Positions 39,926 through 51,625 of a DNA stretch of 64,000 bases are shown here, in pieces (within the stretch, counting starts at the first letter, position 1; every line of letters starts with the position of its first letter). The stretch is from Callorhinchus milii (Eukaryota): the NCBI RefSeq assembly GCF_018977255.1, contig NW_024704743.1:99512001-99576000 (forward strand). Direction: 5' to 3'. Both the position numbers and the translations under genes were made by a program. The notes under the pieces were generated by a model, which did not search any database, was not told the DNA's origin, and saw only the letters and a program-made list of their open reading frames with translations.

Positions 39926-40299
39926 TTTGGTGTGCATGTCTGAAACCTGAGATTACAATTTCTAAAGCTTTTATGTAAATCTTGTACTGTATTAGCAGGA
40001 AACAGTAAATCAATTATGTATTACATTAGTTTGTGACCCTTTCTATTGTATTTCTTACTAATAGAATTGTCAGTGTATTTTTTCCTCTGTTGCCCGTTCA
40101 TACAAAGGAACAAAGTCTTTCAAGCATTACCATTTGCTATTATTATGAGTATCTCACCATAAATTAAATATTGTTTCTGTTTGAATGTAGTCGTAATAAA
40201 TGTACTTTCTTCAACTTGCTACAGTGCAAAGATCTGAATGCACTGGTTTTGATGCACTGGTTACATCGTCTTATGTGAGGAGACATATAGATTATTTAT

Positions 40300-41025
40300 C
40301 AAATCCTGGCATTTGATATAGCATTTTGTAACATTGGTAAGATGTCTCAAAGCACATCATAATATGTTACTGTAAAGTGTAGTGACTGTATTTCTAGGCA
40401 AACATGGCAACCAATTCCACCAGCAAAGTTCCACAAAACAGCCATGAAGTGAATGACTGAATTTTTTTGAGGATTGTTGACCAGGATACCAGGAGACACT
40501 CCCTTCTCTTTTTCAAATAGTGCTATGGATTTTCATCGTCCATCTGAACAGGCAGTTGGCGCCTCGGTTTAATGTTTCATCCGAAGGAGGCACCTCCAAC
40601 AATGCAGCGCATCTCCAGCGCTGCATTAGAGTGTCATCTTGATATGAGTTCAAAATCGCGATGTGGGAGAATATTTAATTTGGTACTGAAATTAAATCTT
40701 TCTTACAGAAGCCACTTGGGTATAAGGTTGGGTATAAGAGTGATGTACCAAATCTGGGAGTAGATTTCTGCTAATACAGTACAAGATTTACATAAAAGCA
40801 TTAAAATTGTGATCTTAGGTTTCAGACATGCACACCAAGAATGGTACAATTCTGGTCTTCGAGGCGGTACAGAGGAGAACAATGGGGATGTTCCCCGGTG
40901 TCAGAGGAATGAGCTATGAGCAAAGACTAGACAAGCTGGGGCTCAATCTAACAGAGGCATATCCTAGGTTGAACAACTTTCTGACTCAAAGGGAGAAGGC
41001 TACCAACTGTCACAGCCTGACACAC
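40300..41025 (-). mobile_element. Old Deu-like SINE split by a ~300-bp composite insert (40666-40965)
   Basis: Body 40300-40665; head resumes as CAACTTTCTGACTCAAAGGGAGA..CTACCAACTG..CAGCCTGACAC. Confidence 0.75.
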
Positions 41026-44000
41026 CATATATAAATATATGGATCTCCTAGAATAAACATGAAATAAATAGTGTAGTTAACAGTATGAGTGAAACTCCAT
41101 AGAGGAGATATGATAGCGTATAGCATGTCCCAGCTATTACTAGAGCAAGCAAGGCCTAATAATTTATAAATGAAAGTTACAAGTTCCTTTCTGCAAAAAG
41201 CATATGGAAGGTGGGAAGAGAAAGAACATATATCACTATCTGTTCTGATACTCTTAATATTGTTGGAACAAGATTGCTTTTTTTAAAAAAAACCAAGTTA
41301 CTTTGTGTATTTCTGTATTCCTTTACGTTTGGCAGATTTTTTGCTCATTAACATTCAAGTGTCAGTGTAGGAATGTAGAGCAATTTGCAGCCTAGCCTCT
41401 GTTAGCACTGAGCACTCCCAGATTTAGTGTTTCACTCTTACACCCAACCTTATACCCAAGTATATTATGCGGGTGAGGTTTCAATTTAGTAACAAGTTAA
41501 GGGAGATTTTGTGCTTGAGCCTATGCATTAGTGCCTGTAATTAAACTATCTAACAAATTCAATGTATACAGGAAGCAAACCAAAAAAAATTCCTACACCC
41601 TCCACTATTCTTTCGATTCTATTGAGCCAAGTCAATTTTATTAGTATTTTTGAACACTTTAAGGAAGCTGAGATAATGATGCCAAATGCTCCAGTAGATC
41701 GCAACACTCATGCTCGCATAACATTCATACAAAAACATTCAATTAGAGAACAAAGAACTGACTGTCAGATCAGATTGCATCACATATCAAGTTTACTGCT
41801 TTCACAGTCCTAATTTATTTCAATGAATTCTAATACCAATGCACAATGTATTTCTGTTCACAGTAATAAAATCCTCACAGATCCATCTTTACAACATGTG
41901 TGTTCAATGCTATTGCAGTGGCATCATCACTGATCCCATTTGCATTTAGAAGTTGCTTTATTTTAGCGATGAACTGAAGAATAGAAAAAATTTCAAGCAA
42001 TGCGTGGACACGGTAACAGTGGTGAAAGTCAGGTTGAAGCAAAAAGCATTAGTGTATTTAATAGGAAATATGATGCATACATAATGGAGAAGGGAATATA
42101 AGGGCACAGAGAGTTTGAGTTAATTTACATTTATATAACGCCCGACACAAGGCTAGCATCTTGGAGAGCTTAACAGTCGCGGAGACTAACACCGAACTGG
42201 GGAGAGGGGAAGGTGACATGGTCAAAGGGGAAGAGGCTAACTGAAGACTGGTAAAGACGGGGCAAGGTGAAGAGATTGAGGCAGAGAGTTCCAGAGTTTG
42301 GGCCGTTGTGGCTGCCGATGGTAGAACAAAGGGTCAAGGGACGTGTAGAAGGCTGGAGCCTGCTGAGTGAAGGACACGGCTAATGGAATGGGATGAAAGC
42401 AGGCACACAGAGTCTAATACAAGAAAAGATATGGAAGAGGATAAGTGCTGCAGATTTAAGTTTTTTTTAAAACGCTGAGAATTGTAATAAATATTCCTTC
42501 CATTTGATATAGCATTTTTCAGATCTTCGAGACGTTTCAAAGTGCTTCACAGAATATACTGTAAAGTGAATTGACTGTATATTTATTATCCTGAGAGCAT
42601 CAGGTTGCTTGTGAACTCAATTCCTAGTAACTGTGTGCTGTTAAAATTATTTTAAATGTTAATTATTTGGCTATAGTTAATGTTTAATGTTACTTTCATG
42701 AATTGCTCCTGTGTTTCGTTAGTTCATCCTTGGTCTATATTTAATTTAATTACGTAATTGAAACGTCAGAACTTATATATTCTGGTGAGTGTTCATTTTT
42801 CTTCGACTATCACTCATCTCAATTTGTGAGTGTGATTATGAATATATATTTAGCATTGTAAATATATAAATAGTCACAGTACATGACTATATATCAGCCT
42901 GGCTCAGTTGTTAGCAATCACCTCATAAGGTTGTAGGTTCGAGTTTTACACTGGTAACTTTGAGCTCACAATCTCAGCTGATACTCTAGGCTAGGGCACT
43001 GTTGCAGTGGGGGGAGTCCTGCATTATTGGTGCCATCCATATTTTTGCCTACAAAATACAGTCAATCCACTTTACAGTATATCCTCTGAAGCACTTTGAG
43101 ACATCTCAACAACGTGATGAGGTGCCATATCAAATTCAAGGATTATTAGTATTATTATCCCAGTGATGGAACTTTAAACTGTGTTTGTGCAAGTGGATGT
43201 TAAAAAACTCATAACACTGTTTGAAAAGAAAGGTTATCCTGTTTTGCCCAACTATCCAAAATAAATTGGTCATTTGCCTTCTAGCTGATAATGAGCCATT
43301 GTGATGCACAAATCGGTTGCTGAGCTTGCCTTCAATACACACTCGCTATCCTTAACAGTAATTACTGTAAAGTGCTGTGAGATGTTTTGACATTATCATC
43401 CCTTTATCAAATCCAAAATGATTATGTTTGCCATCTTAATTAGATCTTTTCTTGTAATTCCTGATTTGATAATGGGCAATGTAGATGCAAGTAGAATATT
43501 TAGTTTGAAGTGTGAATGCAGAACGAAAAGACAAAAATTCTGTTTGAGATTCAAAAGCCTCAAGCAACAAATGAGAGTAGAACAAATCTTTTTTTTATCC
43601 CACAGACTGATGCACATGTTGCATATACCCCAAATAAAAGCAGTTAAATAAAATAAATGCTTTGTCAATTAACATTTAACAAAGTCTTGAATAAATTTTT
43701 AATTAGTAATGGAATTAATGGTTACCAGGAAAAGTACAAGGGGAAGAAAACTGGAGACATGATTTATGATGGCTTGTTGAGAAACTCGTCTAGGATGGTG
43801 TGTGTGGGGAATAAGCAATAATACAAAAGACTGCTATATAAATACCCACTGGAGGGCTACATTGTTCTTGGGTGGAATAATAATAATAATCTTTACATTT
43901 GATATAGTGCCTTATCACATCTTTGAGACGTCCCAAAGCACTTCACAGAATATACTGTAAAGTGAATTGACTGTATATTTTGTGGGCGAAACACAATTGA

Positions 44001-44822
44001 TTTCAAATTGTTTTTTGGTTGAGTTGAGAGCAACTTTCAGAATTCCTCAGCAGATCAACACCAAGAAAGATCTATCCAAGAAACAAAACCTTAAAAGGCT
44101 GATGGGGGGGCTTAAAATTTACAAAATAAAATTCACTGGCCTCAGGATTTCAAAAAAATGACAGGTGCTGGAACTTTTAAAGGAAAAAAGCGCTTATCTG
44201 GAGTGGAAGAGCTGCATGGTTTGTGCCAATGACAAAATAAAACAACATTATCACATATTACCTCTTTAAAAAATCCAAATTTGGGACATTTTCCACATGA
44301 GCATTGTCAGTACATATTGTGCTTTTTTTGGTCAGCCAGATGTCTTAAACATGCAGAAACCCTTTACCATGCTTAAGAATATCCAAGCCAAACTGCATCC
44401 CACCTACACATGTAATTCTTGTGTATTGGAATGGAATGCACACTCGCTCTCTGGAGGGATCATCCTGCTTATCTAATTAATTTCCAATCAGTTTCTTCTT
44501 ATCACTCATCCTTCTATTATAATAAATTGTCAGATTGTTTTCCTTACTATGGCTTAGAGATCCACAACAAACCGTAAATATTGTCCAGGGCTTTTTCTTA
44601 TTAAGCGCATAAAACCAGATGTTGGCTTATCCTGCAATGCTGACTCTGCTGCCTTAACCTTCCAGGTGTCCCTTACATAAATGACAATCCCTTCACCACT
44701 TTTCCTGTTAACATTATACAATACAAAATTACATGTGTATAACGCCTTTCATGTCAGGAAAGTTACACTTAGGTAAATAAGTAAAGATTGAATTAAACAG
44801 AATGTGAAACTAAACAAAAATT

Positions 44823-44895
44823 GTTAATTCACTTAATTAAATTAAGTGACATATTTAGCTTGATAATGTCACTTAATTTAATGAAGTGAATTAAC
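44823..44895. repeat. Nested palindrome: 30-bp arms, 1 mismatch, 13-nt loop
   Basis: GTTAATTCACTTAATTAAATTAAGTGACAT / ATGTCACTTAATTTAATGAAGTGAATTAAC. Confidence 0.95.
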
Positions 44896-45583
44896 CAACT
44901 AAAGATGAAAGGTTGTAAAATCTCATTTGTTTTCTGAATGATCAATCTCTCACTATATCACATCCCGGTTATAGACAAGAAATTATTATGAAGCTCAGAG
45001 ACAATTTGACAACACAAGAGCCAATAAAATCTTATCTCACTCTGTGCAAATAATAACCAGCTGGATGTGACCTGTGGTTAGATTGAGCGCAAGAAGCACT
45101 TATTCTCTACTTTAGGACAGATGACATTCATCTTCATGCAAGTGGTATTGTGACCTGTACGCTGGGCTTATGAAGCTCGATGGCGTATTTGAAGCTGTCA
45201 AACAGCAGCAGAGAATGAAAGTAGTTTGAAACCATCCATTTCTGCATCAATAGTTCACTGGGGTTGGGTTAGGGCACCACTCTGCAGTTTCATACTTTGG
45301 GAACACAATTAATTGTTAGTAGCTAGGTGTGTGCAAGGGGAGACTAGCACAGACATTTTCCAATTCATTAAAATCTCTCCTGGTATTTTTTGAGCATTAA
45401 GTATTAAGTGTCAAAATGCTAAATATTTTAAATGTTATACCTAATTCATACTTAAACTGTGACGATGCAATAAAACGTTTACTTTTCCCTCCTCTGTGCT
45501 TCTCCTGTATACATTGTGGATCCAGGATAGTATGTACATGCGTACATTTTATTTTGTAAAATCTAACAATGTTCATGGACTAT

Positions 45584-46718
45584 TACAACAACAACAACAA
45601 GATTCCATTTATAGAGCGCCTTTTACGTCGGGAGGACGTCCCAAGGCGCTGTACAGTTGGGTCAGGACCCGAGAAAAGGGAAAATGGTCAGGGTGAGGGG
45701 AGGGAAGAGAGGGAGCGAGGAGGGGGTAGAGAGTCGAGAGGGGAGAAAGGTCTTGAGACCGGCCTTGAAGGAGGATAGGGAGGAGGCGGCGAAGGCACTG
45801 GGGGATGGAGTTTCAGAGCCTAGGAGCTGAGAGGCTGAAGGCCCGGCCACCGATGGTGGGGCGGTTGGGGCGGGGGATGTGGAGCAGACCGGAGCCAGAG
45901 GAACGGAGGGTACGGGTAGGTAGGTAGGGGGATAGTAGGTCGGAGAGGTAGGAGGGAGCAAGGCCGTGAATGGCCTTGTAGGTGAGGATGAGGATCTTGA
46001 AATCTATCCTCTGGGGGATGGGGAGCCAGTGGAGGCGAGCGAGGGTGGGAGTGATGTGGTCCGAAGCCTGGTGCGGGACAGTACACGAGCTGCAGAGTTC
46101 TGAATGACCTGCAGCTTGTGGAGGGAGGTGCCGGGAAGGCCGGCGAGGAGAGAGTTTCCATAGTTCAGCCTTGAGGTGATAAAGGCGTGGACCAGAGTTT
46201 CAGCAGCGTGAGGGGTGAGGTAGTGCCGTAGCGGAGGTGAAGGAAGGCGGTGCCAGTTGTGGCGCGGATATGAGGGAGAAAGGACAGCTCAGGGTAGAAG
46301 AGAACGCCGAGGTTCCTGACTGGCTTTGAGAGGTGGAGAGTGCAGCCTTGGATGTTGATGCTGTCAGCGCCTGAGGTGCGGAGGCGCTGACGCGAGCCAA
46401 TCAGGAGGGCCTCAGTTTTACGCACGTTGAGCTGAAGAAAGTTGTCTCTCGTCCAGGACTCAATGTCCGACAGGCAGGCTGTCAGGACATCGGTGGTCGT
46501 GGAGTTGAGGGTAGAGGAGGAAAGGTAGAGTTGGGTGTCATCCGCATACATGTGGAAGTTAACCCCATGTCTGCGGATGATGTCACCAAGAGGGAGCATA
46601 TAGAGGGTGAAGAGGAGAGGACCGAGGACAGAGCCCTGAGGGACACCACACGAGACAGTGCGGGGGCTGGAGGAAAAACCATTCGTGGAAACAAAGTGAA
46701 GACGGTGAGAGAGGTATT
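45584..46718 (-). mobile_element. Young L2, 5'-truncated (RT C-terminal half and tail)
   Basis: [51 protein letters not shown]. Confidence 0.95.
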
Positions 46719-47239
46719 ATAAAACAGATTTAAAACTTCTTACCTAATTTCTTTCCTGTCTTCCCCTTTTCCCCATTTGACCTAATTTCCTTTTCAGCTG
46801 TGCTTTAATTTAAAATTTTGTTTTAAATCACCTAAAATTTAAATTACTATTACACTGCAGAGATTCGATGGACTGTTACATAGACTATAGAACACCAAAA
46901 CAGGTCATTCGGCCCCACTAGTCCGAGCTGGTGTGTTTGCTCTGCATGACCCTCTATCTTCCTAACCCCTCTTCTCCTCATATTCCTCTTATACTCCTCT
47001 TTTCCTCTTCTCTCTCATGCAGCTGTATTTGTTTTTTCCTAATTTATTTTTAGTTTGATGTGATATGACCAAACGGGATTAAAACAAAAGGTATTCACAC
47101 AACTCAGCAAGTGAACGTTATCTCCTGTTGTCTGAAACTATTCAATTTTGCAGGACTCAGCTTTTATATAACTCTTATACAATGACAACTGGGAGAGTGG
47201 AGGAAATTGAGTACAGCTATGTGAGTTTTTGACTGGCGA

Positions 47240-47560
47240 GAGTATAAATACAGAGATGCTAGGCCAGACTTTCTGAGTGGTAAGTGCCACATTTTAAGTT
47301 ATTTTGTAAGGGTTACATTACTGGTTAGCTGGTTAAAGTGGCAGGCTTAGAAAGTAGTCTTGTGATGTGTGCAGTCTGCATGTATCAGCTATCCTGGAAC
47401 CACAACACATCCAGGAGAAGTACATCTGCATGAGGTACCAGAAGGCTGAGTAACTCAAACAGCAGATTGCTGACTTTAAGGACTAACTGACTACACTCCA
47501 CAAGATATCACAACCAGAAGGTTGTCTGAAAAACACAGAATGGAGGACTTGCAAAGGGAA
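47240..47560 (+). mobile_element. Decayed CR1 5' region / ORF1 zinc-finger-leucine-zipper remnant
   Basis: Manual translation gives CAVCM.., then after a frameshift QEKYICMRYQKAE*LKQQIADFKD*LTTLHKI, matching the CxxC..CxxC-heptad pattern of vertebrate CR1 ORF1. Confidence 0.55.
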
Positions 47561-47849
47561 TTAATGCATACCAGGAAAAGGTGAGGACCCAGTACCGAAC
47601 TGTGAGGCACTCTGCTTTATAACTCCCCCCAATTTAACCATTTCTGCTTTCTAACCTTTGTTCAGTTTCTAATCTGTGTTATACAAAATCGCACAATAGT
47701 GAATTGTTTTACCACAACAACTTGGATTTACATAGAACCCATTCTGTAGGATAAGGTCTCGGAGCACTTTACAGTGACAATAATTACCCTGTTGTCTTCC
47801 CACTGCAGCTTCAAGCTGGTTTTGAAGGAGTCCAGCGACCATGTTTTAT

Positions 47850-48130
47850 ACTTGACACACAGTTTGTGAAGAAACCTCTTGTGTGGTACTTTGTCAAAGC
47901 CTTTTGGAAATCTAGGTAGACAATGTTATATATCTCCACAATGTCAAATGTCCCCTCTTTGAGAAAATCTTCAAAGTTGGTCATAAATAAAATTCAACTA
48001 TTACAGTGGCAAGATTATTTTTATAAGGTAATCTTCCATTTTGTTTCTACTGATTGAATCAATCCGTTTGGCTAAAAGGTCTATATAGGTCTATAGTTGC
48101 TAGACATGGTTTACCACCTTTCTTGAATAT
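47850..48130 (-). mobile_element. Decayed CR1 RT remnant
   Basis: Minus strand reads IVYLDFQK/FDKVPHKR (frameshifted YLDFQKAFDKVPH motif). Confidence 0.7.
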
Positions 48131-48654
48131 GGAAAATTGCAAGATCTGTTCTCACGTCATGAACTCTAGTCAAAATATGACTGTTGCCCTTGACAGGCCA
48201 TGTACCACAGTAAAATCACATGCTTCTCTCACTCACTGAAGAAACCATAAATGCTTTTTCCTGCTATTGATCCCATTGTTGTATACTGAACACATCCTGT
48301 GCTGGTTTACCCTGCAGCTATTGAGAGAGTGGACTGGCTAAAGAAATGGCACTCCATAGATCTGATGTATATTTTCACAGTGATGCACAGGAAGCAGCAT
48401 TATTCGATTGCTTGCTGATTACAAATGATCAGAATGTTATTGTTCAGGCTGTACAATTATTACAACCAGCTCTATCATCTCCTTCTTAATGATATGACTC
48501 ACAGGGCACCTACTATTCTGAGGGCACTACCTTCACCAGATTAAGTCAGTTTGATCCCCCTCCACTTGACATCATTCCACCTTTTTGCAGAGAATAACCG
48601 ACCTTACCTAAGCCAAATTGCAGGTCAAGATGGTTGAGCACTTCATTGATCTCA

Positions 48655-49255
48655 GGGTCAGCCTGGCTCAGTCAGAAGCAATCTGGCCTCTGAGTCAGAA
48701 GATTATTGGTTCAAGCCCCACGTCAGGTCTTTGAATTTACATGCTGGAGTGTTAATCGTTGGAGGTGTTATCCTTTGGATGAGATGTAAAATCAAGGTCT
48801 TGTATGTCTGTGTAAGTGAACATTAAAGATCCCATGGCACTATTTAAAAAGAGAAGGGCATTTCTCTTGGTGTCCTGGATACTGATTAATCCTTGCATTT
48901 GATATAAGGCCTTTCATGTTAGAAGGATGTTTCAAAGCAATTCATAGCATTTACTGTGAATCAACTATGAAGTGAAGCGAATGACCAATTGTATTTGAGG
49001 GATTATTGGTCAGGAAGGAATGTTGGTCAAGGACTGGGGGATTGTTGGTCAAGAACGGAATAAAGTTCTTTGTTTCAACTTGTGCCGTAGGATCTTTAAC
49101 TTTCATCTGAAAAGGCAGATGGGGCCTCGGTTTATCATCTTATCCAAAGGACACCACCTTCAATAATGCAGCAGACCCTAGCACTGTATAGTAGTGTCAC
49201 CTTAGAATACATGAGTTCCGAATCCCGACTTGGGGCTTGAACCACAACCTTCAAA
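48655..49255. mobile_element. Two old Deu-like SINEs tail-to-tail (48655-48885 +, 48885-49255 -)
   Basis: Head GGCTCAGTC..GAGTCAGAAG..GGTTCAAGCCCC and AAAGATCCCATGGCACTATT, followed by a reverse copy. Confidence 0.75.
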
Positions 49256-50554
49256 CCAATGTGGAAAAGTGTCACGATTTGTCCTCAAGTTATGAACTCT
49301 GCTCACAACATAACTAGAATATGACAACCACATACCAAAGTAAAATCACATTCTCCTCACTCTCACTGGGGAACCAACAAATGTCTTTTCCTTGATCCCA
49401 TTGCTCTACATTGAACACGTCCTGCGCTGGTTTAACCTTCAGCTGTTGACAGAGTCAACAGTCAAAAGGATTGGCACCTCATGGTTATGATGTATATTTT
49501 CACAGTGATACACAGGAAGCAGCAATATTCAATTGCTTGCTGATTGCAGGTGATCAAATTGTTATTTTGGTAATTGTTGGCCAGAACACTGGAAGAAGCT
49601 TCCTTCTGTTTCTATTTATGCCACATGATCTGTAACTTTCACTTGAAAAGATAAAGAAGACCTCGGTTTAATGTCTCATCCAGACAACGGCACCTACAAC
49701 ATTGGAATGTACTGGAGTGCCAGCCTAACCTATGTAAGTTCAAAGTTCCACCATGGGGTTTGAACCCACAAGCTTCATGACTCATAGGTGAGAGTGATAT
49801 GTCAGTCTTGCACCTGAACATAAAAAAAAAACTTATATTTATATAATGCCGCTCACACAGGGCAGAGTCCAAGAGCGCTTAAGTCCAGTCTGTTTCTTAT
49901 GTTTTTAGCAACCAGGATTTTAGCAGATGATCAAGAGCCATGAGTTCAGATCCACTGAGCAGAGATCAGGAGCAGTGCGCTGAATTCAGAGATGAGTGGA
50001 ATCCATGTTTCCACCAACACTAATAAAGGAATATATTAGTTGTATCACGTAATACTTGTTTTTGTGCAAATTAGCATAAGCAACTGGTTAAAAAAATTGT
50101 GGATTTTAGCCCAGATGAATAAAAGAACATAAATCAGTGAATGGAACCTCTATTTAAGGTTTGAAAACTAAAAAGACAATTGTAAAATGCATTTTCCATG
50201 ACTAGTTACATTGGCTGTCAATCATATGTCTTGTTTAATAATAGGGCAGTTTTACTATCAATCACTGTCAATTGCCCTCGACTGCACCAGCTACAACTGA
50301 AATATTTGATGTAGCATTATCTGTCACGTATCTGTTCTATACTTATCAGAGCCTTGATAAGTATAGAAATTGTTCAGTGAGGTAAATTTAATATGTTCAG
50401 CCAATTCCCGCCAATTGGGGAGAAACTGCATTTGGTTCTAGCTTTAAACTAGTTATGACGAATTTTAGAGTGTATAGAATTGTTGAATTTGGGCTATAAT
50501 TAAGAAGTTAACAAATCTGTGAATTCTGAAATGTTACATTAATTGAGTACAATA

Positions 50555-51625
50555 CAATACCAAATTACATTTGTAAAGAGCCTTTTACATTGGGAAGACA
50601 TCCCAAGGTGCTGAACAGTCAGGGATTAGGACCCGAGCGGGGTGGGGGGGTGGGGGTCGGGATCAGGGAGAATGGAGGGTGGGAATAGGATGGTGGTCGA
50701 AGGCAAGGTTGAAGAGGAGGATCTTGAGGCGTGCCTTGCCTCAAGGGAGGGAGTGAGGCACAGGGAATGTGGGATGGAGTTCCAAAGGGTGGTGCAGAGA
50801 GGCTGAAGGCCCGACCGCCGATGGTGGGACGGGATGGGCAGGGCACATGGAGCAGGCTGGAGCCTGCTGAGTGGAGGAAGCGGACAGGTTGATATGGGGT
50901 AAGCAGGTCACAGAGGTAGGAAGGAACAAGGCCATGGAGGGCCTGAAAGGCGAGGATAAGGAATTTGAACTCTATCCTCTGGGAATGGGGAGACAGTGGA
51001 GCCAGGCGAGGGTCGGGGTAATAGGGTCATGGAACCTGGTGTGGGAGAGGACATGAGCTGCAGAGTTCTTCTGGATGATCAATAACGTGTAGGGGTTAGC
51101 AGGTCAGAGAGGTAGGAGGGGGCAAGGTCATGGAGAGCCTTGGAGTAAATCTAGACCCCGGTGAAATTTCTCCCCAAATGAGTTTATAACTAGGTTGCAA
51201 AAAATTATTTTATGGTGCTTATTTTTTGTTTCTCATTTTACAATAACAACTTGTATTCATATAGCACCCTTCACACGGGGTAGCTTCCCAGAGCGCTTGA
51301 CAGTGACCAAGTCTGACACCGAACCAAGGGAAGAGGGAGGGGTGAGATGATCAAAAAAGAAGGTCTTTAGGCGGGATTTGAACGTGGAGAGGGAGGAGGC
51401 AAGGCAGAGGGATTGAAGGAGAGACTTCCAGTGTTTCAGGGCATAGTGGCTGAAGGCACGGCCACTGATGGTGGAACAAAGGGAACGAGGGACAAACAGG
51501 AGGCTGGAGCCAGCTGAGTGGAGGCAGCGGGTGGTGGAGTGGGGGAGTAATCAGATCGGTTAGGCAGGGAGGTACGAGGGCATGAAGGGAATTGAAAATG
51601 AGTGAGAAGATCTTGAAATTATTCT
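50555..51625 (-). mobile_element. Two adjacent L2 3' fragments (50555-51143, 51240-51625)
   Basis: L2 tails and RPTIGGRAFS-type peptide; GATCTTGAA junction motif. Confidence 0.85.
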
